Below are positions 1 through 13,175 of a stretch of 64,000 bases of DNA, piece by piece (positions within the stretch are counted from its first letter, which is position 1; every line of letters starts with the position of its first letter). The stretch is from Paraspadella gotoi (lineage: Eukaryota > Animalia > Chaetognatha). The notes beneath the pieces are model-generated. The model did not search any database. It was not told the DNA's origin and was given only the letters and a program-made list of their open reading frames with translations. Made by a program: the position numbers and the translations under genes. The stretch is from assembly GCA_051294375.1 (NCBI GenBank), contig CM119264.1, positions 24,344,002-24,408,001 on the forward strand, read 5' to 3'.

Positions 1-218
1 ATGGAGATATGACGGAGAGATGACAGAGAAACGATAGAAAGACGATGGAGATATGACGGAGAGATGACAGAGAAACGATAGAAAGATGATGGAGATATGA
101 CGGAAAGATGACAAAGAAACGATAGAAAAATGATGAAGAGATGACCGAGGGATGACAGAGAAACGATAGAAAGATGATGGAGATATGACTGAGGGATGAC
201 AGCAAAACGATAGAAAAA
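1..218. repeat. Minisatellite, ~44-bp unit x ~5 (ATGGAGATATGACGGAGAGATGACAGAGAAACGATAGAAAGACG)
   Basis: The unit recurs with a ~44-bp period from position 1, with few substitutions. Confidence 0.9.
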
Positions 219-480
219 TCTTTAAGAATTGAAGATGGATGGAAATCAAGAACTAAAAGATCAAACGAAAGACTAGAGTTGGCTTGGAAAGAAAAACTCG
301 GGATCTTTACCCTTTTTTAGTTTCTGTAAGAATGTGCCACTCCAATCCAAATAGAACTTAATTCAAATTCAACAGCTCAGTGCAAAAAGTGTAAAAGTCA
401 AAACCGTGAGAGCATCGGTTGAATGAAAGAGAAGAAAATGAAAAAAAATAAAAGAATGATGCGCGCAAGAGACGACGCAC

Positions 481-740
481 CTCGTCTTCAACGTCGAACG
501 CGATCGGTACGGACACGTTCTGCCCTCTGACGGTGGAATAGACGCAACCGCTCAGCCCGAGCCTCCTCGCTTCCTCGGCGTCGGCGATGAACGAGTTTCC
601 TCGCGTCCGAAAGAGGCGCCCTTCCGAAGCGTCGCACGTCGGGACGAGCCGCTTGAGGTCGCGAAAGTCGCGGAGGGACGGATCGAAAGGGTCTTCGTCG
701 GGGATGTGACAAAGTGGGTGTGGGACGAGGAATTTGGGTT
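481..740 (-). CDS. Coding exon 2 of a DUF229-like (type II membrane) protein; the gene continues left of the window
   Basis: Acceptor CCCCAG|AA and donor GAG|GTGCGT. Encodes (E)PKFLVPHPLCHIPDEDPFDPSLRDF...C...GCVYSTVR, which resembles the FLV...C.IP..DPFDPS N-terminal motif of DUF229 proteins (recognised from memory, not searched). Confidence 0.7.
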
Positions 741-774
741 CTGGGGAGGGGGTGGTGTGTGAGAGGAGAGAGAG

Positions 775-855
<81 letters not shown>

Positions 856-1629
856 CGCATGCAGTGACAACATGAATGAAATAGTGTTTGACAATGTAGA
901 AAAATAACATCAACGAGAAACAGTTTTTAAAAAAGGACAAAGCATGGCAAAGTTGAAAAAATGAAAGAGGGTCCATAAATAACAAAGAGTGACAAAGATT
1001 TCACAATGGGAAAAAAAATGAAAATGACGAAAATACCTAGCGACGGAAAATGAGGTCGTAAAGAGTCGAGAGGTGAAGTTAAAAACGATGAATTTAAACG
1101 ATCATTCACCAGAAAGTGATGAATGACTGATGAATGAGTGCTATGAATGGAAACGAGGCTCGGAAGCGAGTGAGAGACTCGGTAGTGATGAATGGAAATG
1201 CGATTGAGAGATGAGATGAGATGAGATGAGATGAGATGATCGCAGATGAGACGAAATCGATCGTGAGAAACTCATCGAGGTGATCATCACGTGACGAATT
1301 CACGGTGGGCGTGACGTCGACGTTTCACGCGCGTCGAAACCTTCGCGATTTCGTATTCATCTTCGTTGTGATCGATAGATTCACTTTCATGACTTTTTTT
1401 TCCTTTTAATTTTTTCTTTTTTTTCTTTTCTTTTTCTTTTTTTCTTTCTTGTCTTTATATTTTTATTCTCTTTTCATTCATTTTTTCATCTTTTTTACTT
1501 TTTTTTTTCGACAATTCAATTCAATTTCAAATTTTTAATCGCATTTTAAAATAGTTATGACTTATAAAATAATTCATTTCTTCCCATATATTTTACATAT
1601 TCGCACTTTTCTCAAGTAATCGTTCTCAC

Positions 1630-1864
1630 CTTTATTGAGTAAAATAAATCTTCTCAGCGGATTCGATCCAACTTTCCCGGTGAAGACGTAAAAGTAGAGA
1701 ATGAGAGGAAGAAGAGAAAGAGCGATGACGATCTCGATTCTCTTGCCGACTCCATTGACGACCAAATTGACGACCCAATGGCTAAGACGGCTCTTCGCAA
1801 AGCCGCCGACCTGATTGCCGACCCTCTTGCAGGTTCGTTTAACGACGTGAAGCGGGCGAGGCAT
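1630..1864 (-). CDS. Probable first coding exon of the same DUF229-like gene (basic N-terminus plus signal anchor)
   Basis: AAAAAATG start, hydrophobic segment IEIVIALSLLPLILYFYVFTG, donor AAAG|GTGAGA in phase 1. The leftover G plus the first AA of exon 481-740 gives an in-frame GAA (Glu). Confidence 0.6.
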
Positions 1865-2700
1865 TTTTTATTTTTTAACTAATTTTTAACTAATTTTTAA
1901 TTAATTTTTCTTATGCTTTTAATTTCTAAATTGCTAATGCTATTGTTATTGCTATCTTTACAATAACCCTTATGTAACTAACCCTAAGTCACTACTACAT
2001 TTTTCTTCGGATAACTTTTAAGAAATAATTTTCCGATTTTAATCTAATCTGCACTATAATTTAACACAATAAAAACTCTGAGGGACAAAATACAATTTTT
2101 TACAACAAACGCAGAGTCGAGGGACGGATTTAGAAGATTTGATGGATTTGGCACCAAGGAGCAGAAAATAGAAAAAAACGGGGAGAAAAATGGAAAATAA
2201 GAAAGAAAAAAAAAATAAAGAAAAAGAGGAAAAAAAAATAGATGGTATCAAATTTTCTCCGGGGATGAGTTGAATTCGATTTATTCGCGACAAGAAAGTC
2301 AACAGGTACGAAATTTGCACTTTGCAAGAAGCAGCGGCAGTCGCAGCAGCAGTCGCAGCATTTGAAGGGCGTTAGATATTTGCTTGACAGCGATCGCCCG
2401 CGACGCTTCTGCCCGAATTGCGTCTCCAGGGTCAGTTTACCCTGCGTCCCTCAATGATTTTTTCCTCCGCTTTTCCCCTCAAATCCGGAACCTTTCCAAT
2501 CGCTCGCTTTTCTCCACAATTTCATTTACCCGCAAATGTTTGCCCAAACCCCCTATGTTCTTACACGACCACACCCACTAAATTCCCCACCCCATAAGAT
2601 CCCCTTAAATTCCCCCCACCCGCTGATCCCCAATCCCCAAAATTCCCAAATGGCAAAATACGCGCCAAAAATTTTGAAGAGGCCGAGATTCTTCGGGAGG

Positions 2701-2736
<36 letters not shown>

Positions 2737-3641
2737 AGAGAGAAGGAGAGAGAGAGGCAGAGAGAGAAGAGAGAGAGGAGAGAGGATGCAGAGAGAGAGA
2801 AGGAGAGAGAGACGAAAGTCTGCGGTGTCATTCGTTTAATTTTTATCGCTTAACCTGCTGATTAAGCTTTTGTTGCCCGTGAAATATCTCCGAGATGGCG
2901 GGGAACGTTTAAGCGGGCCATATCGATTAAGGGATGAGAAGGAAGGGAGAAGGGAGAAGATTAATGCATGGAGAAAGAAAGGAGAAAGAAGGGAGAAAGA
3001 AGGGAGAAAGAAGAGAGCTGGTAATGAAAAAGAAGGGCATGATTGATGTAAGAAAAAGAAGGGAGGTTTGGCTAAGAATAAAAGAGTTGTGATCAAGTAA
3101 AAAGGTGAGTGAACGTAAAGTTTGTGCTAGACGGGGTAAACTAAATATTGTTGAAATTTATTATTATTGAGTACAGAATATGTACATGTGGATGGTTTTT
3201 TGACTGCAGTATGATAAAAATATATTTAAATAGCAAGCTATTGAGAAATAGTAGATTCATATAGCTAGCTATCAGTGTAATATACGGTAACCGTAACTTC
3301 ATGACAAATTCAACTTACATTACAACTTCATGACTTCATTTCTCTTGAGGATGCTTGTGGCGCTATAATAATATGTTTAATAGTTAATATGCTATAAAAG
3401 CAATAGAATATTCATCTCGCTATAAAGGAAGACAAATATCGCGCTAAGTAGCGTATAGAATATTCATTGGGCTACAGAGAGCCGCGTTTGAATATGAATG
3501 ATGTCTCTCAAAGTCTAGACGACATTTCGGTCGCAGAGAAGAAAAGCAAATCTGCTACTTGAAGTATAAATAATAATAAGAATATGGAGATTAGGTGTTT
3601 TTTGTTCTCTTTTTCTCTCGGTAATCAGATAGAGAGAGAGG

Positions 3642-3694
<53 letters not shown>

Positions 3695-4016
3695 AATGGT
3701 TTCTCAAACCAGTTTGTTGCAACTGGATGATTTACATGGAAATCGGCGACCAGGGACGAGAGTTTCGATTGAGAAAGAAAGAAGATTAAAAAAGAAAGAA
3801 AGAATGAAAAAAAAGTGGATCGAAGCTAAAAAATAAGGAGAAAGAGAAGAGAGAAGAAACGCGGGAAAAAGTTAATGATTATGTCTTGAAAAGAAAAGAG
3901 GATACGAGGGAGAGAAAAATCGCTAATAAATCGAGGAAAGGAAGAGAGAGTCGAATGGCGAGAGCGGGGAAAGGGAATAGGGGAAGGAAAAAATCTGATA
4001 TATGCCAGTTGGAACG

Positions 4017-4109
<93 letters not shown>

Positions 4110-4304
4110 AGAGAGAGAGACTCAGAAAGAAAAAGGAATAGAAGAATAATTTTGGAGAAATGGAAAAAGAGGAAAAAAAAATAGGAGCTCTGGTCATAGA
4201 ATATAGAAGACAGTGAAAACAAAAATCAATATTCCTACATAAAAAGCTACACAAGACGAAAGCTTGTTACTCGCCTCGCAAAATAGTCGAACCTAAAATC
4301 AACG

Positions 4305-4385
4305 AAAAAAGTCACAAAAAGTCACAAAAAGTCACAAAAAGTAACAAAAAGTAACAAAAAGTCACAAAAAGTCACAAAAAGTAAC
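4305..4385. repeat. 10-bp tandem repeat (AAAAAGTCAC/AAAAAGTAAC) x8
   Basis: Seen directly in the sequence. Confidence 0.9.
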
Positions 4386-4418
4386 GCAAGAAACTGAAAC
4401 AAGTTAAACAAAGGGTTT

Positions 4419-4866
4419 TTGGAAAAATTTAAGGTAGAGGATTGCAAAATTGTTTTTCTTTCAACAACGAGTTTTATACGAGTTTCATATGAAAACAGAC
4501 AAGTTTCGGCTTTAGTGCAAATTTCGCATTCACAATGTATAAATCCAGCTGATGAAGGCGAAAGGAAAACTATCGGGGAAGAGCGACGAGAAATGAAACT
4601 TCCAGAAACTGTTATGGTTTCTCACGACAGACTGCAAGAATTAAAGCCACTTTTAGTGATAATTGATTTGTGTGACGAGAACAATCTCACTGGGAAAAGC
4701 GATAAGTGCCGAGATGGAACCGGAAAGGGTCCAACGAGCCCGAGTTTCTCACGTCGAAGAAAAACAAACGAGAAAAACGGGAACAATATTTTGAGACACG
4801 AGGATTTCTTGTCTGAAACGCTGGCCGAATGTGGAGTGGCTGCTACATGTCAGTATACTTTAATGG
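4419..4866 (+). CDS. Candidate coding exon, product unknown (5' boundary uncertain)
   Basis: ~150-codon complex ORF in stop-rich DNA, ending at a consensus donor G|GTAAGT (4867). No family recognised. Confidence 0.3.
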
Positions 4867-5396
4867 GTAAGTAATATTTTGAAAATGATACAGTCGATGA
4901 TGTATATGATATAAATTAAATAACGAAGGGAAAATGAAAAAAAAATAGGGAAAAAAGGAAAAAAATTGGGACAAGGAAGGAAGAAAAGGAGAAAAGGGAG
5001 ACGTCAAAGAAGGAAAGAAGAGAATTAAAGTAAGAACAAGGGGAGAGGATAAGAAAGATAAGAAAAAACGGAAAAGGATCGGAGAAGAAAAAAAAGGAGA
5101 GAAAGAAAATGAGGAGAGAAAGAATAAGAGAAGAGAGACAAGAAAAGAAGAAAAAAGAAACAGAAAAATAGAAAAGAAATAAAGGGGAAAGGATAACTGG
5201 ATACTGGACAGACTGAAAAGGAAAAAAAAAGGAAAGATGGAAAAAAGAAAAATGATAAGAGATAAGAGGAAAATAAAAGGGGAGAGAAGGGAAAAGATAA
5301 GAGGATAAGAGAGGAGAGGCGTGTCGACGTTCTAACGATCGGGAGGGGAAATCGCCGACGGGGAGGAAGAAAATGGACAGAGGTCCCTCGAGCGTG

Positions 5397-5496
<100 letters not shown>

Positions 5497-6003
5497 AATC
5501 TTTGGAAGAAATGGCGGAGAAGGAGGCGGAGTAAGAGGTAGGACGGTTTAAATTCTCTCAAAGGATTTTCTTCTTTCTGTTTATTAATTCGAGCAATATA
5601 ACAACAATTAAAAAAACAGAAAAACCCACCCTAAAAAAAACCCATAATCTAACGAAAGGGAATACGTTCCATCATTGCGTATTACCGACAACGGAAGCAA
5701 AATTTTTTCGCAATAGCAACAACGAGACTTAAGATCCATCGGCTAAACAACAGCGCCATCGTTGGACCGAAATGTCAATTAGCGAAGAGGCCCGGGTCCG
5801 CGATTTGAATTAAAATGCTATTTTGTTTGACCATTAGCGTCGGAACGTCCGGAACGTCCGGAGCGCCGCGGCGAGGCGAGAGATCGCCACGCGTGGAGCA
5901 ATTCCACGCCCCCGTCATTTCCTGAACGCGGGTGGATGGGGAATATGTGTGCTGGGATGTGTATGTTGTGAGTGAGAGAAGAGAGAGGAGAGAGGGAGAC
6001 AGA

Positions 6004-6058
<55 letters not shown>

Positions 6059-6081
6059 AGAGAGAGAGAGAGAGAGAGGGG

Positions 6082-6121
<40 letters not shown>

Positions 6122-6276
6122 TTAAAAAATCTGAAGAATGGCGGATAATTGATAGCGACGCAAAATTGCGCCAAACTTTCTCCATTTTTTTCTCTATGGA
6201 AGAAGATGGGGGCATGAGATGAATTGATGAAGGGGAAAACTTCTCTCTCTCCTCTCTCCTCTCTCTCTTCTCGGTG

Positions 6277-6315
<39 letters not shown>

Positions 6316-6428
6316 GCGCGGGCGGGGACTTATGCTCAGTCAGGCGTCCGCGCGCAGGAACTTGTTGCCCGATTTTTAAAATCGCATCAAAATTTTGCCG
6401 ACGATTTTTGAAGTCGTCTTCATTGTCT

Positions 6429-6430
<2 letters not shown>

Positions 6431-6505
<75 letters not shown>

Positions 6506-6506
6506 G
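6431..6506. repeat. (GTC)n microsatellite, ~25 units
   Basis: Seen directly in the sequence. Confidence 0.95.
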
Positions 6507-7844
6507 TGGGTTCTCTTCTCTTCAAGCAAGATTTTTTACTCGTCTGATTTTCTACTGATTTATCTTTGAATAAATTTTTTTTTTGAATCGGGAAGATAAA
6601 AACCAATGATATTCTTAATTGACTACAGAGCGTATTACGCAACAACACGCAGTTTCTTTTAATGACTAACTTCATAAATAAGTTAACACGACCAAACAAT
6701 GCATTATCAATATTGGCTTATATAGTATATACTCTGCTACTATAAACTGTTTTTTTATACTTTTCTTCACGTACGGGCAAACGAAAGGCAAAACATCAGG
6801 CCCTTTACAGTCCATTTTTTTTTCTCGCGTGGTTGAGAGTTGACAACATTTGGTGAATACCAAAATAAATTCTTGTTTATTATGATTTAACACGAAAATT
6901 TAAAAACAGAAATCCACTCGACTAGACCGAATAATTTCCTCTTTTTGCCTTGAAGCCTCGAAATCTTCAAGGATTTTTTCGGGAGTTCGTCTTTTTTAAA
7001 AACGACTCTTCAAAGAATCTTTTTGGGAAAGTCTTTCGTTGGACCGTTATGACCCCTCGGAGATGCTGAGAAGGAGTCGCAGAGGAGAGAGGACGGCTCG
7101 GGTAAAAATCGAGATAATTTTTTTTTTTAATTTAATATCTTTTTGATGAGAATTTCAAAAGTTTTATTACGAGGATTGCAAAGATTTCATCGATCGCTCT
7201 TTATTGTAAAATAGATGGAACAAGAATGTGTATTGAACAATGATCACAAGGATACTGCTTCGTATATTGAAATCTAGATTCAAAGTAATAGGATCTTTTA
7301 TCTTTCGATAGGAACTTTAGTCTATTGATCTCAGATTCGCGATTGGAACCTCAAATCCATTCCCCCTCAAACTTTTCGGAGATTTCTTGAGAGCGAGAGA
7401 AATTGAGCGAGAGAGCGAGATTGAGAGCGAGTCGTGGTGGAAGTCTCGGGCCAGGACGAACCACTTTGACTAAACGACTCCCAAGAAAATTAACTGCGGA
7501 AAAAAAAGTCTTCTCAGGCTTTTTGCCTCTCGTTGTCTTCGTTGGCGGCTAAATTTGATTTATCGCCAAATTGCTTTTCGTGACGGGACTTGGAAAGAGA
7601 CAAAAGACGCCTTCGGAAAAAAAAGCAGCTTTAAAAGCAAATTTTTGGGTTTGGTATGGGGGGGAGGAAGTTTGAGAAATTTCGTCCGTCAATTAATACG
7701 GCAAATGTTTTAAGATAATTTTTACTTTGACGGCGAAGATTTAAAATCTTTACCGTCTGCATTCTAGACTTTTATTTCAAGTCATTCCTGTCTTCTCTCC
7801 CTTTGATCTTCTTTAACCACCTTAACTTATTCCACCCCCCATAT

Positions 7845-8142
7845 TTCAACCACCCAGACCTTCACTACTTTAATCACCCACGCTTTCACTATGCTGACTT
7901 TTATCACTCCGACCTTCACCATCCCGACCTTTGCCGCCCCGACTCTCACCACCCCGACCTTCACCACCCCGAACTTTACCGCCACGAATTCTCACAGGCA
8001 TCCCGACCTTCACCACCCCGATCCTTCGCGCGCCCGACTCTCAGCACCCCGACGCATCACCACCCCGAATTTTAGCGCCGCGGATTCCTCACCAGCCCCG
8101 ACCTTCGCCGCCCCGACTCTCACCACCCCGACCTTCACCACT
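7845..8142. repeat. Degenerate 15-bp minisatellite (CCCGACCTTCACCAC)
   Basis: The repeated unit produces the HHPDL and PTFTT pseudo-ORFs, with all three + frames open. Confidence 0.85.
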
Positions 8143-8456
8143 CCTATCCAACTCTTAATGTTCGAGACTAGAAAGTCGTAAAAACCCGAAGAGGCTAAAA
8201 AAAAGGAGAGGAAGGAAAAGTCCCGACGGAGGAAAGAAGAGAAAAAGGAGAAAAGAAAAGGAGAAAAGAAAAAGAAGAAAAGAAAGAAGGATGAGATTAA
8301 AATAAGAAAAACATATTTAGAAATGTAATCGTGTAAAATATTGAAAAAAAAGGAGAAAATTATAAAAAAATAATAAGGAATGGGGAAAAGTATAGTAAAA
8401 GTTACATTTTCATTAGCGTATTTGGTATTTATAATTTTATCTATATAAGCGGAGGA

Positions 8457-8491
<35 letters not shown>

Positions 8492-9506
8492 NNNNNNNNN
8501 NNNNNNNNNNNNNNNNNNNNNNNNNNNNNNNNNNNNNNNNNNNNNNNNNNNNNNNNNNNNNNNNNNNNNNNNNNNNNNNNNNNNNNNNNNNNNNNNNNNN
8601 NNNNNNNNNNNNNNNNNNNNNNNNNNNNNNNNNNNNNNNNNNNNNNNNNNNNNNNNNNNNNNNNNNNNNNNNNNNNNNNNNNNNNNNNNNNNNNNNNNNN
8701 NNNNNNNNNNNNNNNNNNNNNNNNNNNNNNNNNNNNNNNNNNNNNNNNNNNNNNNNNNNNNNNNNNNNNNNNNNNNNNNNNNNNNNNNNNNNNNNNNNNN
8801 NNNNNNNNNNNNNNNNNNNNNNNNNNNNNNNNNNNNNNNNNNNNNNNCCCCTCTCTCTCTCTCCTTTTCCTCCCTCCCCAGTTAAAGAAAGCGATTGCCC
8901 GTCTGTCGCGAAAGCGAAGGTTTAAGATGCAGGTGTAGCGACGAAAGTAATGGAGCTTTGACGGAAGTGGGGAAGAGAAGTGATGAAGTGATGGCGTAAG
9001 TGATGGAGTGACGGTAAAATAGTTGAAGTTGAAGGGATGAAGCGTTTGTGAAAACGAAGTTTTGGTTGAAAATACCTGATGAAAGATGGCAGACTGGCGA
9101 AAGTGACTTGCTGACAAATAAGAGATGAAGTGAGAGGAAGTGATTTAAAAGAAATCTTTCAACAATAGTGTACAATATATATACCTAATTACAAATATAT
9201 AATAATAGTATTTAAATATTCCTAACATAGTTTAGATGAAAGATTTAAGAGTTGGAAGGAGCGCGGGAGGGAAGGAGCAAAGGATCGAAGGAACGAAACT
9301 TAGGACAGCGGTCGTCATCAGCAAAAAGACTTAATCCTTTTCGGTTTTTTTCCACCGACGTAACGACGTCTCACAACAACAACGACAATGACAACAACAA
9401 CGACTTTTCCTTGGCACAAAGGGAAAAAGAAGATCCCCCCCCTTCCCGGGAGGAAACCGGAAGTCTGAACGCCGTAAACAAATTCGAAACAATGAGGCCC
9501 CTTAAT

Positions 9507-9559
<53 letters not shown>

Positions 9560-10556
9560 TTCTCTCTCATTTACCCCTTCAGTCCCTCTTCATTACTGTT
9601 TCAAGATGGTGGTTTACGCCGCAGAAAAAACCGTTTGACGAATCCTTTTTTGAGGGGAACCACGAATTGGTTAATTGTAGTTGAGGAAATCGTATATCGA
9701 AATACCCGAGAAAAACTTTTTTAAGGTGTTTGAAAAACAAAAAATCACAGCGCTAGTTTGCAAATGTAAGCTATAAACATTTAAAATATGTCACGGTCTT
9801 TGATAAAAAAAAAGCGCTTAAATCATTGCATTTTAGGAAAGAGTTGTGATATGTCGAAAAGTCAATATGAGGTTCTTATGATGCGAAACACAAAGCCAAA
9901 AATCCCTTAAAGCAAATAGAAAAAAAAGAAGAAAATCGAAGCTTTGAATGTGATTTCGATAAGAAAAGATACAAAATTGATTTATAAACGAAAGAAGACA
10001 CGACTAAATACGATATTTTTGGTCGGTCTGTCGTTATTTTTGTGGTTCCTATATTGTAAGAAAAAGAGAAAAAAAGCGAATTTTCCGTCACTGACTCTGT
10101 CTTCAGAATTATCAATGAGAAAAAAGATGAAGTGATTTTTAAAAAAAATATTTGATCTATACATAAGTACAAATCGGTTATTAAGAAATTGAAATATTCC
10201 TAACGTAACGATGGTGCAACCCGGACGGTCACTGTGAGTTTTTCAAGATTTTATCGTTCTTAGCTAAAAAAAAAAAAGAAACATTTTTGCATATACGTGT
10301 CTCTTTTCATTAAAAAAAAGAGGAAATGTATATATAACCGAGTTTTTTGTTCGTTTTTTCCCCATTTCTTGCGATGTTTGTTTTTTTTGTCGTTGTTGTT
10401 GTTGTCGTCCCTTTCTTAATCTCTTCTCGTGTTTGGTCATTTATTTTCTCTCCCTTTTTTCTCGTCGGTTTTTTTCTTTCTCTCTCGTTTCTCTTTTGTT
10501 GTGTCCTTTATCATCTTTTTTCGCTCCCTCGTAATTTTTTGTCATTTTCACCCTTT

Positions 10557-10682
<126 letters not shown>

Positions 10683-12952
10683 TTATCCTTTTTACAAAAA
10701 ATTATTTTCAATTTCTATTTTCAATTTTCTTTTTTTCTTTTTCTACTCTCTCTGTTTTCTTTTCTTCATATTTCTTTTCTTTCAAGATTCTTTTCTTATC
10801 TTTTTATTTTCTCTCCTTCTCTCCCCCTCTCTCATTCCTGACTCAGCTAATACTAAAGAAAAAGAGTAACGAGAGGTCTCTTCCTTTTTGGCGGGAATTT
10901 CAACGTTGAATCTCTCTCTCTCTCTCTTACTCTCTCTCTCCCCTTTCGGCCTTCACCCCAAAATGCTAATGAAATCCATTCAAAAATTTGTTTCTAAAAT
11001 ATTTTAATATCTGTTTAAATATAAATATCTCTGTTTAATATAAAATCAAAAAATAAGATAACAAGTAACCCAAACAAAAGACCATCTACAATTTACAACG
11101 GCCTGTATTGGCAGCAATGAACATTGAACAACCTCTTTTGAAATTTCCCGTATACAGTTCGCCTTACAACTTCCATTATCGCTTTGCTTTACCACTCTCC
11201 ATTACCACTCCCATTAAAAAGTAATTCCTCATTCCCCCGGATGTTCCCCCGGATATTTCCCCCGGATGTTTCTCCGGAAGCGAGAAAGAAAAATGGCGGT
11301 CAAATGAATCGAGGCGAAGATTTAGCCAAATCGTTTCTTTTTCCCCTTTTTTGTTATTGTTTCTTTCTCTTTATTTTTCTTTTCTTCTTCTTTTATTTTT
11401 TCCCCTCTCAACGAAAACTCGTTCACAAATGGCAAAGTTTAATGATCGCCATCACTTTTCCCTCGAAGGTCGTCGTCGTCGTCGTCGTCGTCGTGGTATT
11501 CGTCGTTGTTGTAATCCTCGTCGTCGTTCTTTTCNNNNNNNNNNNNNNNNNNNNNNNNNNNNNNNNNNNNNNNNNNNNNNNNNNNNNNNNNNNNNNNNNN
11601 NNNNNNNNNNNNNNNNNNNNNNNNNNNNNNNNNNNNNNNNNNNNNNNNNNNNNNNNNNNNNNNNNNNNNNNNNNNNNNNNNNNNNNNNNNNNNNNNNNNN
11701 NNNNNNNNNNNNNNNNNNNNNNNNNNNNNNNNNNNNNNNNNNNNNNNNNNNNNNNNNNNNNNNNNNNNNNNNNNNNNNNNNNNNNNNNNNNNNNNNNNNN
11801 NNNNNNNNNNNNNNNNNTCGCCATTTTTACTTCCGGCTAAGAAGATGTCGTCTCGCAACGTGAAACGTCAGGCGTGTCACTTGGAACGTCAATTGACACG
11901 GTTTTAGCTTGACATCGTGACAGAAACACGTGGCGCATGGTGAACGAGGAATGAAGTAGGGTGGTGCTGATGTGCAAAAGTAAATTAACGGTTAAATTTT
12001 GAAATGAATTACATATAATGTCTTCCCATAGTTTTTTTTGGACAGGAAATATTGAGGAAAAACTAAGATACGTACTGTTAAAATTTGGATATTACATTCT
12101 GTTTCTTTTTTTTTTTTAAGAATAAAAGTGATTTATTTTATATTTTATTTAATCGAAGGGAAATGAGAAAAGAGGAAAAAGAAATAATCAAACTGATTAA
12201 AGGGAAGAAATAAAAGAGAAGACGTAGAAAAGTCGAGTCATTAGATTCTCATTTGCGGTTTAATCGACGAATCACGAAACAGTTCATCACTTCACGTCTT
12301 ATCTTGCGAAGTGAAAGTCTTGCAATGACGCCGAAAGAATTACAACCAAAGATTTGCGCTCAACCGACACCTCAAGAGATATTTTTAGGTAAATTGTGCT
12401 CGAGATTTTTGTTATAAATGATTAACTGATCCCATTGTTAAGTTGTCGTTTTTGTAAAGTAGTTAAAAGAACGTTATGTCACAAATGGAAAGCAACGACA
12501 ACCACAATAACAACAACAACGACGACGCCGAGAACTTTATTCCGTTGCGAGATTCTGCGCCAATTGTATGCATTATAATTCATATATATATTCAGGCCGG
12601 GTGAAGCTACAAAACTAATTATGAAGTTAACTATTTAGTACATGAAATATTTTAACTTTTAATACCTTTGAATGTAATACGTCATATCACTATAGCCTGT
12701 CCGAAATCATGGGCAAGATAGCTCATTTATTGAGTAAATGTATATTTTTATATTGGTTGTAGAATTCCAAAGGACAAAAAAACAACAATAAATATTTCGC
12801 CTAAAAAATTCAGATTTCTTCGTTTTCTTAAAAAAATGTATTTTTCTTCTTTTTCTGTTTCGGCGCCGAAAACATTTTTGTTTTTCATCTCCTTTGTTGA
12901 TTTTGTTTCGCAAATTTGAGCTCAAGTTTTTCTAAAGTTAAACGCGACTTCT

Positions 12953-13175
12953 GACTGCCGCTTGGTGCATGCCTGGCACTCTTGCTGGGCGCCTGCTTGG
13001 CACTTCCGCCTAGCGCCTGCCTGGCACTTCCACACGACGCTTGCCTTTGTCTCCTGCCAAGCGTCTGCCTGGCACTCCCGTCCGACGTCTGCCTGACACT
13101 CCCACCCGCCGCTTGCCGACTGCTAACTGACGTCTACCGCCTGCCGCCAGCCGCTCACCGCCTGTCGCCAGTCGC
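12953..13175. repeat. Degenerate GC-rich minisatellite (~24-bp GCCTGCCTGGCACTYCCG-type unit)
   Basis: Repeated GCCTG(C/T)CTGGCACT motifs. Confidence 0.7.

Noticed and set aside
4600-4660. DRLQELK resemblance to a syntaxin N-peptide
   Set aside because: The match is too short and the rest of the ORF does not resemble syntaxin.
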